Shown piece by piece: positions 47,267-56,700 of a stretch of 57,851 nucleotides of DNA. Position 1 is the stretch's first letter, and each line of letters begins with the position of its first letter. The translations under genes were made by a program, and so were the position numbers. The notes beneath the pieces were generated by a model. The model was not told the origin of the DNA. It did no database searches and saw only the letters and a program-made list of their open reading frames with translations. The DNA lies in IMG/VR virus record IMGVR_UViG_3300027840_000002, positions 1 to 57,851 of that record; one strand, 5' to 3'. Source of the stretch: a virus (lineage: Duplodnaviria; Caudoviricetes).

Positions 47267-47676
47267 TGGGTATTCGTGACGATATTAAACGTGTAAAACT
47301 TGATGTTCGTGAGTCAACCACTAAAGAAATCGTCGCACTTGCTCTTGAAATTCACGGTGAACTGGTGGATAACCCGCCCGAAGGTACACCAATTGACACC
47401 GGTTGGGCCTCAGCTAACTGGTGGCCTGCGGTTGGGTCGCCAGCAACAGGTAATACTGGTCAGGCTGTAGAGGGTTCCGTGTCCGGTCGTGAATCACAGC
47501 GTGCAGCCGGTGTGACTCAGGTACTGAGTTATCAGCTTGGGCAGGGTTCAATTTATATTACGAACAATGTACCTTACATTGATCGGTTAAATAACGGCTG
47601 GTCCCAGCAGTCACCTGCAGGTTTTGTTGATAAAGCGGTACAGGTTGCCGTAACTAATTTCAGGGCGAGACGATGA
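47266..47676 (+). CDS. Neck / tail completion protein (HK97 gp10-like)
   Basis: TPIDTG...ANW, IYITNNVPY..RLN.G.S.Q.P.GFV. Confidence 0.8.
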   Translation: MGIRDDIKRVKLDVRESTTKEIVALALEIHGELVDNPPEGTPIDTGWASANWWPAVGSPATGNTGQAVEGSVSGRESQRAAGVTQVLSYQLGQGSIYITNNVPYIDRLNNGWSQQSPAGFVDKAVQVAVTNFRARR

Positions 47677-48092
47677 CAATTAATGATATTCGCGCGCTTA
47701 TCACCATGCGTCTGATTAACCTTGGTCTGTTAGTTGACGGAATGGAAATCGACGGTGAACAGTATGACCCTGGTGCTAATGATACCTGGGTGCGTATCAA
47801 CGTTCAGTTCAATACCGCAGCGATTACAACACTGGGCGGTGAAGGTGTGCCACGTCGGCGCGATCGCATAGGTACAGCTTACATCAACGTGTTTACGCCG
47901 CTTAAAGGTCAAAGCGTTTACGATAATGATGAACTGTGCGAACAGATTTTGCAGGGCTTCGAAGGGGTATGGCAGGATCCGTGTATCCGGTACGGTCAGC
48001 CAACCGGGGTACGTGTTGAAAGCAGTGGACGCGATGATAACTGGTGGTTACAGACAGTTGTGGTACCTTTCACCGCAGAGACAGTAAGATAG
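47673..48092 (+). CDS. Tail terminator protein (putative)
   Basis: WVR...R.G...INVFTP.G, W....V.VPF; position. Confidence 0.7.
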   Translation: MTINDIRALITMRLINLGLLVDGMEIDGEQYDPGANDTWVRINVQFNTAAITTLGGEGVPRRRDRIGTAYINVFTPLKGQSVYDNDELCEQILQGFEGVWQDPCIRYGQPTGVRVESSGRDDNWWLQTVVVPFTAETVR

Positions 48093-48114
48093 CCCGCTTC
48101 TGCGGGCTTTTTAT

Positions 48115-48549
48115 TTATTTCCCCGTTGACCCGAAACCGCCCGTACCGCGCTCAGTTTCAGTGAGTGTTTCGACGATGTTCAGCGTGACACGCGTTACCG
48201 GCAGTATCATTGCCTGGGCGACACGATCGCCTTTCTGCAGGTTGTCCAGAATTTCCTGACCGGCAGTGGAATCAGCTCGCAGTTTTACGCGCACTTCGCC
48301 GCGATAATCACTGTCGATCACACCAACAGCATTACTCAGGCTGATATCATATTTGAAACCGTGACCTGAACGACTGAATACCAGCATTACATGGTTGTCA
48401 GGAATTTCAAACGACAGTCCGGTACCACAGTCGGCGTTACCATAATCGTCATAACGGATCTGGCCGTCAGTGGCGATATCAAAACACGCTGCACCGGCTG
48501 ATGCATAGAAAGGTACGGTTGCATTTTCGTTTAATAGTTTGATGTTCAT
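48115..48549 (-). CDS. dut: dUTPase (trimeric)
   Basis: AACFD, SRSG, GVIDSDYRGE, RVAQ, RGTGGFGSTG. Confidence 0.95.
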   Translation of the reverse strand: MNIKLLNENATVPFYASAGAACFDIATDGQIRYDDYGNADCGTGLSFEIPDNHVMLVFSRSGHGFKYDISLSNAVGVIDSDYRGEVRVKLRADSTAGQEILDNLQKGDRVAQAMILPVTRVTLNIVETLTETERGTGGFGSTGK

Positions 48550-48593
48550 TAACGGATCTCAAAAGTGAAAGCCCGCCGAAGCGGGCAGTTTTA

Positions 48594-48779
48594 TTAACGA
48601 TGGATACGTGACTGGAAAAAGGTATCAAGTTTCAGATAACCGTTTGCCAGCATATCCTGTTTACCTGGGCGGGACATACGCTTAACTGATGCTTTGGTAA
48701 CTTTGTTGCTGCGTGCTTCAGAAGATGCTGCGCGACGTTCTTTACGTGAAGGACCGAATACAGTTTTGATGAATTTCAT
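48594..48779 (-). CDS. Small basic hypothetical protein
   Basis: Promoter TTGACG-17-TATATT; SD AAGGT; Arg/Lys-rich. Confidence 0.6.
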   Translation of the reverse strand: MKFIKTVFGPSRKERRAASSEARSNKVTKASVKRMSRPGKQDMLANGYLKLDTFFQSRIHR

Positions 48780-48928
48780 TTTATTTACCTTTATCATGCC
48801 GGACACCATGTCCTGCTCTGAAAATGAATATACGTCAGTTAAAATACATCGTCAACAATTATTTTAACCTATCGTGAAATTAGTCTAAGTGGTACAATTT
48901 TACAGCAACCAACTCATGAGGAATTACC

Positions 48929-50362
48929 ATGGCTTTAGATCCTTGCGCTGGCGGCGCTGCTGATGGTTCAGGCACTTCGATCAGTGTCTGTCGCGTCAAC
49001 GAGCCTGTAAGCAATACACCGTGGACGTATCTTTTACCGAACGAAGTAGGCACCTGGGGTGCATCCCTTGATACCACTTCGAGTCAGCCGCTAAGTCTCG
49101 ATCGCATGGCGCGAAAAGGTACAATCACTTCACTTTCAGCTGAAGCGCAGATCACCTGCGATCAGAATATTGATATGCTGGCGTATTTCTGCGATGCGCT
49201 GCTGTTCTCAGTCTGGAAAGGTAATAACCCTAACGCCACAACTTCAACTGCGGTTACAACCAGCGGTTACAGTGTTGCATCTGGTGGTGCGTCATTCGTC
49301 CAGGGTGATAAAGTTTTCGCTGCAGGCTTTGACGTTGCTGCCAATAACGGTCTTAAGACCGTAGGATCAGGCTCAACGTCAACTAACATCGCTGTGACGG
49401 GACTGACAGCTGAAGCATCAGGTGGACGACTGTATAAAGCAGGTCGTACAGCCACCGCCGGTGACGTTGATATGGATGCATCAGGAAACCTGACTTCTAC
49501 CGCCCTGGACTTCACTACCCTGGGTCTGGTTGATGGTATGCACATCGCGTTTAGCGGCATGAGCAGCACAGCAGATGGTACAGCACGTATTCGTGGGATT
49601 TCTGCTAACCTGCTGACTCTTGATCGTCATAGTGGAGTAGTAGCTGCAACCTCTCCTACCGGTTCCGTAACACTGTATATCGGCTCGTTTGTACGTAACG
49701 TACCAATGGGTGACGCAGATTATCAGTGCGTACCTATGACGCTTGAAGCACGTTACAATACCGATCCTGCAACGTTCGAATACGGTACTGGCATGCTGCT
49801 GAATCAGATCGCATTCGGTAACAGCCTGGAAGATAAAACCACCATGGAATTGTCGTTCACCGGTCAGGACATGGAACCAATGACCGAGACGCGTAAGCCG
49901 GGGCAGTGGTTCGATCAGACACGTACCGAGATTTTCAATACTTCAGCTGACTTTGCTGATCTGCGTCTGCTCATCACCGGTGACACATCAGGTGAAACGT
50001 CTTATTTCAAAGACACCACCCTGACTGTGAATAACAACCTGACCGGCGAAACTGTACTCGGTAAACTGGGTCCACAGTTCATCAACCTGGGTAACTTCGA
50101 AGTGACACTCGAAACTGAGGTGGTACTGACTGACGCACGTGTTGCTGCTGCGATCCGTAACAACACTACCTGCGGTCTTCAGTATGTTCAGCAGAACAAT
50201 GAAGGTGCAATCCTGGTTGATATCCCATCGATGACGCTGGGTGACGGTGCACGTAACATTGCTGCCGGCGAGAAAGTAAAAATCTCAACCACCGGTACGG
50301 CATTCAAAGACACCGAACTGGGTTATGCTGTCGGTTTCACGCTGTTCCCTTACCTTCCATAA
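48929..50362 (+). CDS. Major tail tube protein
   Basis: 477 aa, Thr/Gly-rich, T..NNL.....LG......G.F.V motif; SD GAGGA; followed by terminator 50369-50389. Confidence 0.85.
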   Translation: MALDPCAGGAADGSGTSISVCRVNEPVSNTPWTYLLPNEVGTWGASLDTTSSQPLSLDRMARKGTITSLSAEAQITCDQNIDMLAYFCDALLFSVWKGNNPNATTSTAVTTSGYSVASGGASFVQGDKVFAAGFDVAANNGLKTVGSGSTSTNIAVTGLTAEASGGRLYKAGRTATAGDVDMDASGNLTSTALDFTTLGLVDGMHIAFSGMSSTADGTARIRGISANLLTLDRHSGVVAATSPTGSVTLYIGSFVRNVPMGDADYQCVPMTLEARYNTDPATFEYGTGMLLNQIAFGNSLEDKTTMELSFTGQDMEPMTETRKPGQWFDQTRTEIFNTSADFADLRLLITGDTSGETSYFKDTTLTVNNNLTGETVLGKLGPQFINLGNFEVTLETEVVLTDARVAAAIRNNTTCGLQYVQQNNEGAILVDIPSMTLGDGARNIAAGEKVKISTTGTAFKDTELGYAVGFTLFPYLP

Positions 50363-50393
50363 AAGTAAAAACCCGCACGGATGCGGGTTAGAT

Positions 50394-51184
50394 TTATTTC
50401 TGTTTTCTTTTTTCAGCGTAATATTTATTTTTACCTTTCTTCAGCGCTTCCGTTCTGCTTTTAGCGATTACCCGACATGTCCAACCATCCATATAATCGG
50501 CTTCAGTTCCACCGCTGTCCCAGCTACCGGATAAATATCGACCTACTACCCACTCTTTTTCCATCTTTTCAATCCTCATTTGTTTACGTTCACGTCAATC
50601 ATTTTAACGCCGGGGATTTTACCAGCTTCGATGGCTTCAATGGTTTTCTCTGCTACAGGTCGGGTGAACACACCGAGAGAAAGAAGCGACGTGATTGCCG
50701 ATTCGCGCTTGCGATCCGTTTCGGTGCGGAAAGTAAATTCCGACCCTAGGAGATGAACAGCCGCACCGTCAGCAAAACCAAACGCTATCCCGTTTGATAC
50801 ACCAACACATTCAAAAAGAAACCATTCAGCAGAAGATGCATAATTGTATTTCGCTTTACATTTTACCCCAACAGGCGGCAATCCCTCACCATTCCAAGCT
50901 GGCTGTTGTACTGCAATGGCGGCTTCGTATTGTTCTCGGGTGACGATCGCCGTAGCATAGTCTTCAGGTTCATCACATTTAAAATTTACCCCCGGTATCC
51001 AGAACGCTTTTTCCTCAGCGCCGTCACAAGTGTGTATTGAAAGAATGTCACCTTTGAAACCGGGCGTGCCGTTTTCAGTGAAGTATACTCCACCCCTATT
51101 TATGTTGTAACCTGCGTGAGATGCACGCTCCGGCCACTCACCTCGATCTGGCAGCTCTTTAACCAGCAATTCTAAAAGTGTCAT
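50394..51184 (-). CDS. Two antisense hypothetical genes (50394-50564, 50576-51184)
   Basis: Promoter TTGACT-17-TAAAAT; WNGEGLPPVG..C motif in the larger gene. Confidence 0.7.
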
Positions 51185-51292
51185 TTCTCAATCCTCAGTT
51201 GTTTACGTTAACGTGAATTATTTTAACCGTTGCTATCATGTAAGTCAATACTGTAAAATAAATATTATTCACATGTACGGAGCAACATTTTA

Positions 51293-52041
51293 ATGAAAAT
51301 TCCTTCATCCTTACTTTCCAGCTTTGACCGCAATGAAACGGCACAGATTGAACTGTCCCATGGCTTCACAGTAACCCTGTGTGAAAACAACGTGACTAAC
51401 CCTATGTGGGGTAAGCGTGCGCGTGAGTTCATTCAGGCTAACCCTGACCACCCGGCTGCAGGCGATAAGTTTAGCGAGTTCATTCGCGATCTGCGTCAGA
51501 ACATTACTCAAGCTGAAAGTACGGATTTTATCGCTGATGTGCTGATTGTTGACTGGCAGTCCGATGAGTTGAAATACACTGCTAAAAACGCACGCGAACT
51601 GCTGCGTAAACTGCCGCGAATGGCCGATAACATTCTGTTACATTCATCTATTGAATCAAATTACCGTAACGCTGAGGTTGAGCAGGCAGTGGGGGAATAA
51701 CAGCACTGCTACTGTGGACAGGCGAGAAACAAAATGATACCGATAATGACTGGATCAGAAAACTCGCATCACGGCGTAAAGTAGCAGTGCCTGAAGTTGC
51801 GGCTGAAAAAGCCGGCGAAGCGCCAGATATCCGACCTCAGTTCATGCCGTGGTTCAACGCGTATATGGAACTCGCCACATGCCGCACAGAGCGCCGAATG
51901 ATACCTTGGACAGATATAGCTAAATATGCTGAGGTTTACGGCTTACCGCTTGAAACACTTCGTCGTATAGTAAGGCGTGTTGATGCCGCAGTGCAGGCTG
52001 ATAACGATAAGAATAACCGTAAACTGATCAAGCCCCATTAA
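51293..52041 (+). CDS. Tail assembly chaperone (51293-51700) with -1 frameshifted extension to 52041
   Basis: G GGG GAA TAA at 51691-51700; the -1 frame is open through the 84-aa ORF; lies between tube and tape measure genes. Confidence 0.85.
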
Positions 52042-52379
52042 GGGGCTTTTTTCATCAGTCTTACTTGCAGATTGTAACCTGCCGTCATCGCATCATCAGT
52101 AAGCGAAATGACTTTTTTGTTATTACCTGTCGCGTACTTTTTCGCCACGTCGATGTTTTCACGATACGAATCGTACTCCCATGTGTGGCGCGAATGGTAC
52201 ATCCCACGCCCTTTCTGACAAGCATCCTGAACAACCTGGTTATTACGATCGTTAAACGGCAGATCGTATTTAGCCATCACAACTGTTGCGATCGACTGGC
52301 AGTCAGGAAGATTGTTCAGTTCATCGTTACTGTCACAGCCGACCAGCAGCAAGCACATTAAACCTATAACTGTTTTCAT
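52038..52379 (-). CDS. Lipoprotein (superinfection-exclusion candidate)
   Basis: MKTVIGLMCLLLVG-C lipobox; own sigma70 promoter. Confidence 0.7.
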   Translation of the reverse strand: MKTVIGLMCLLLVGCDSNDELNNLPDCQSIATVVMAKYDLPFNDRNNQVVQDACQKGRGMYHSRHTWEYDSYRENIDVAKKYATGNNKKVISLTDDAMTAGYNLQVRLMKKAP

Positions 52380-52466
52380 TTACATAACCCTCAATTATTT
52401 TAACCTGACGCTATTTAAACGCATACTGTACAATGTGTCAATACTTTTATAAAGCGAGATTAGGCG

Positions 52467-55262
52467 ATGGCAATCGGTATTGAAATTGCACTTGACCCCA
52501 GCAATGTTGTTAACGGCGCTAACCAGGTTGACAAAGCACTTGACGGGATCGGCAACTCTGCGGACAACGTTCAGAAAAAAACTGATACGATGGGTGAGGC
52601 CATGCTTGCGGCTCTCACAAAGCAGCAGAAAGCTACGCAACAGATGCTGGCGAATGCTCAGGCAACTAAAGCTGTCGCCCAGGAGCAATCACGCCTGCTC
52701 GCCTCTCAGTCATCACTGAATAGCAGTTCAGCACAGTCTGAGGCGCGACAGAAAGAATATCAGCGTTTAAGTGCACAGATTAAACAAGCGGTGCAGCAGG
52801 AAGCGCAGGCTAAAAAAGAACTGGCGTCAATAAATAAATTACTTTCGGGACAGAAATTACCAGAACCTCAATCTTATACGCGAACCGAACAGGCTGTAAA
52901 CGGTATAGCAACAGCAGGTAAAGCATTACTGGCGTTAGGGCTTGCGTCAAAGCTTGCACAGTGGGGCACAGCTTTTGTTGAGGTTGCGGACAACGTAAAC
53001 CTTCTGCAGTCGCGCATCTCTCTGTACACCAAATCTCAGCAGGAAACAAACGCTGTATTTGCTCAGTTACAGGCCATTTCTAACAGTGCCGGTGTGAGCC
53101 TCCAGGATACAGCGGGAACGTTTGCACGATTCGCCTCCGCCGGCAAAGATATGGGCGTATCTAACGATCAGGTTCTTAAATTGATCGGCAACTTGCAAAC
53201 GATGGCGCGTGTATCTGGCGCATCCACACAAGAAGCGTCAGCTGCTATTTACCAACTTAGTCAGTCATTCGCGTCAGGCAGGCTGCAGGGTGACGAATTC
53301 AGATCTGTATCTGAACAACTGCCTGTGGTTCTTGACACACTGGCGAAAAAGCTCGGTGTGACACGCGGTGAACTTCGTCAGATGGCAACTGACGGTAAGT
53401 TGAACAGCGACACACTGCTGCTGCTGGCCGGTGATTTTGCTGAACTCGATGCCCAGGCCGCTAAATTGCCGCGTACTGTTGACCAGGCGTCACAATCGCT
53501 GATGAACAACCTGGCTGCAGCTGCTGATGCGCTGAACGATAAGCTGGGAGTGACGGGGGGACTGGCTAAAGCGATTGACAGCGTTTCGTCATCGCTCGGT
53601 GACTGGGTTAAACAGTCTGAAGGTACATACGGCGAGGTTGACAGATTAAATCGCGTGGTACGCGATGCGGAAGGTGATCTGGCTATGTATCAGCGTCGTC
53701 TGGAATTTATTCCATCTGATACGGTTTGGGGTAAGTCGATCCAGAAAGACATTGACGACACTAAAGCTAAAATCGCATCTGCTAACATGGAACTCCAAGC
53801 GTATACACGCTTGATGACTACAGTAAGTAATTTTTCAGCAGATGTTGCAAAAATCACTGCGCCACCTATTGCGAAAAAAGATGATGCTCAGGCGCAGAAA
53901 ACTATTAATAGTCTGCAAGAGCAACTACAGTACACTGATGCGCTTAAAAAAGGCAACTATGAACTGGCTGCTTCTATCAAACTCGGTACTGATGCTACAG
54001 CGAACCAGGTTTCAGCATATGCAATACTGTTGAAACAGCAGACAGACGTTAAGAATGAAAAAACAGCATCTGCAAAAGCATCACGCGAAGCTACATCCGA
54101 GGCTGAACGCGAACAGAAACAGTTAGAACGCAATCAGGCTGCTAATCAGAAATACATTAAAACACTGACCGATAAAACCACAGCCGGTACGTATGATGTT
54201 CAGCGTGCAAAAGAAATGGTTGCACAGTCATTACGCCAGGGTCAGTCTGTCGATGAACTGAGCGCATCATATCTTAAATCTATTCAGGTTCAGAACCAGC
54301 TTACCCTTGCATCACAACAAACCGAAGCGCAATCGCGCCTGAATAAAGATGCAACAGATGCTGAAAAACAGGCTGTCGATCAGTACGTGGCGTCGCTTTA
54401 TCAACAACAACAGGCGAAACAGCTTGCGGCGCAGGTTTCACAGATCTCCACAGATACAACAAATGAACTGAATCCTGTTCAGGGTCAGATGGACCAGATT
54501 GCACAACAGGAAGCTCAGCGGCTGGCAATTCTTGAACAGGCTCGACAGCAGGATCTTTTGAACGAACAGCAGTACCAGCAACTTAAAACACAAACACAAC
54601 AGTCCGGTGAACAGCAGCGTAACGATCTGTTAACTCAGAACAATGCTATGTTGCTCGGGGCTACCAGTGACTTGTTCGGTGGGATCGCCGATACGTTGAA
54701 ACAATCTCAGGGTGAACAGTCAAGTATCTATAAAGCGATGTTTGCGGCCAGTAAAGCATTTGCGATCGCCCAGGCGTCAGTGCTGCTGTGGCAGAACGTC
54801 AGTAAAGCGATGGCTGTTGGCTTCCCACAGAACATACCGTTTATTGCGGCTGCTTTCGCACAGGGTACGTCTATTCTCGGAAGTCTCTCATCTATCGCTG
54901 CTACAGGCTTCGCAACGGGTGGTTACATCACCGGTGCAGGTACAGGTACCTCTGACAGCATTCCCGCCCGTTTAAGCGCAGGAGAATACGTTATGCCCGC
55001 GCAGCAAACCCGTCAGTACCGTAATGAACTGGCAGCAATGCGCGCAGGTACGTATAACGGTCAGGGTCAGGGTGGAGGTATGTCGGTACAGGTTGCAAAC
55101 TACGGTAACGATAATGTGACCACTCAACAACTTGATGAAAATCGTGTAAGATTGATCATCGGTGAAGAGGTTCCTCGAGTTAATGCAGCTGAGTTTAATA
55201 ACCCGTACAGTCAGACGAATAAAGCTTATCGCTCAAACTACAACGCAGAGAGGAAAGTGTGA
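52467..55262 (+). CDS. Tape measure protein
   Basis: 931 aa, QLSQ..ASG.LQGDEFRSV.EQ tape domain, FATGGY..G.GT..SDSIPARLS.GEYV. Confidence 0.95.
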   Translation: MAIGIEIALDPSNVVNGANQVDKALDGIGNSADNVQKKTDTMGEAMLAALTKQQKATQQMLANAQATKAVAQEQSRLLASQSSLNSSSAQSEARQKEYQRLSAQIKQAVQQEAQAKKELASINKLLSGQKLPEPQSYTRTEQAVNGIATAGKALLALGLASKLAQWGTAFVEVADNVNLLQSRISLYTKSQQETNAVFAQLQAISNSAGVSLQDTAGTFARFASAGKDMGVSNDQVLKLIGNLQTMARVSGASTQEASAAIYQLSQSFASGRLQGDEFRSVSEQLPVVLDTLAKKLGVTRGELRQMATDGKLNSDTLLLLAGDFAELDAQAAKLPRTVDQASQSLMNNLAAAADALNDKLGVTGGLAKAIDSVSSSLGDWVKQSEGTYGEVDRLNRVVRDAEGDLAMYQRRLEFIPSDTVWGKSIQKDIDDTKAKIASANMELQAYTRLMTTVSNFSADVAKITAPPIAKKDDAQAQKTINSLQEQLQYTDALKKGNYELAASIKLGTDATANQVSAYAILLKQQTDVKNEKTASAKASREATSEAEREQKQLERNQAANQKYIKTLTDKTTAGTYDVQRAKEMVAQSLRQGQSVDELSASYLKSIQVQNQLTLASQQTEAQSRLNKDATDAEKQAVDQYVASLYQQQQAKQLAAQVSQISTDTTNELNPVQGQMDQIAQQEAQRLAILEQARQQDLLNEQQYQQLKTQTQQSGEQQRNDLLTQNNAMLLGATSDLFGGIADTLKQSQGEQSSIYKAMFAASKAFAIAQASVLLWQNVSKAMAVGFPQNIPFIAAAFAQGTSILGSLSSIAATGFATGGYITGAGTGTSDSIPARLSAGEYVMPAQQTRQYRNELAAMRAGTYNGQGQGGGMSVQVANYGNDNVTTQQLDENRVRLIIGEEVPRVNAAEFNNPYSQTNKAYRSNYNAERKV

Positions 55263-55834
55263 TGGATGAGTTACCGGAACTGCGATACGGCGGTGAGATG
55301 GTCCGTCCTGAGCGCGATAGTTATTCATTCAGTCAGCCGTGGGGTGTGACTAAATCAAATATAGCCGGCACCCTTTCGCGACTGGGCAGGAGTAGTTTTG
55401 GTGGACCGGCGTTATTGACATGTACTGTGCAACTTGGAAACCCCGCCCGCCTGCAATGGTGGGATGATTTCTATAATTACACTATTGCTGAAGGATCTAA
55501 ACGTTTTGTGATGGAACTGCTGATAAACGGCGTGATTCAGAGTCACGTTGTTCAGATTGTTTCCACACCGAAGGTTACAACGATCGGCTGGCAAGGATCT
55601 GTCGATTTAAATCTTGAAGCTGTACCGATTGTTGACCGTTGTGCGGCTCAGGCGCGGCAGATAATGATGCCTTGCTACGGTGACAAAACAGGTTATATCA
55701 TCGGTCAAATCATCGAGGTAGGTCAGCTTTTGAATAATACAGACGTTGCTTACTACGATGGAGAATTCCAGTATAATGGCGCTGTAAGTCACGATTACAC
55801 CTCCACCTGGTCACTTTCAAAACATAAGGCTTAA
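55259..55834 (+). CDS. Distal tail protein (putative)
   Basis: Follows TMP; F...I.EGS..F.M.L motif. Confidence 0.7.
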   Translation: MMDELPELRYGGEMVRPERDSYSFSQPWGVTKSNIAGTLSRLGRSSFGGPALLTCTVQLGNPARLQWWDDFYNYTIAEGSKRFVMELLINGVIQSHVVQIVSTPKVTTIGWQGSVDLNLEAVPIVDRCAAQARQIMMPCYGDKTGYIIGQIIEVGQLLNNTDVAYYDGEFQYNGAVSHDYTSTWSLSKHKA

Positions 55835-55836
55835 TC

Positions 55837-56700
55837 ATGGCAAATTTACCTGAATCAGCAACCTGGGAAACCGGTATTTATCAGCTGGAAGAGAGTGATC
55901 GCGTACAAGGCGGCCCATCAGGGGTATCTAATAACCAGGCTAAGCAGTTAGCCAACCGTACATCATACCTTTATGCGAATAAAGCCGATCTGGCATCACC
56001 GACATTTACTGGTATTCCTGTAGCACCTACTGCCGCAGTCGGTACTTCTAATACACAGATCGCTACTACGGGATTTGTTGCTACAAGTTTTTCCCCGCTT
56101 GCATCACCGACATTTACTGGTACGCCTTCAGCACCTACCGCTGCAGCGGGTACTGCAACGACACAACTTGCTACTACAGCCTTTGTTGATAATTCATTTG
56201 CGAAAATTGCATCACCGACATTTACGGGTACCCCGTCAGCACCCACTGCTGTTGCAGCTACTTCCACCACTCAGATCGCAACTACGGCTTTCGTGAGAAC
56301 CGGTGTTAACGATGCAAGCAACGCCGCGACGGGAGTTGTGGGTGAGTATCTATCCAATACAGGTACATCAACGTCACTCACAACCAATGTGAATGCTAAC
56401 CTTGCGCAGCTTTCTTTAACCGCAGGGGACTGGGACGTCACCGGAGTCGGTCAGTTTGTCGGTGGTAATGCTACTTTGATCAAACTTGGAATACACACCA
56501 CAACTGCAGCGTTTGGTGCGTTCAACACTTTCATTCAGGTTTCAGCTAATTTCCCAGCATCGTCCACATCCAACATAAACGGTCCGGCGTCGTACCGTCT
56601 TTCTGTTAACGCAACTACCACGGTTTACCTGGTCGCCATGTCAACGTTCACCGCTACTCAGACAGCGCAAGGGTTTATTGCAGCACGCAGGGTACGCTAA
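55837..56700 (+). CDS. Short tail-fibre-like protein
   Basis: MANLPE...W..GIYQLE..D.V.GG..GVSN.QAKQLANRT.YL; three 36-aa ASPTFTG.P.APT repeats (108-bp period at 55993, 56101, 56209). Confidence 0.8.
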   Translation: MANLPESATWETGIYQLEESDRVQGGPSGVSNNQAKQLANRTSYLYANKADLASPTFTGIPVAPTAAVGTSNTQIATTGFVATSFSPLASPTFTGTPSAPTAAAGTATTQLATTAFVDNSFAKIASPTFTGTPSAPTAVAATSTTQIATTAFVRTGVNDASNAATGVVGEYLSNTGTSTSLTTNVNANLAQLSLTAGDWDVTGVGQFVGGNATLIKLGIHTTTAAFGAFNTFIQVSANFPASSTSNINGPASYRLSVNATTTVYLVAMSTFTATQTAQGFIAARRVR

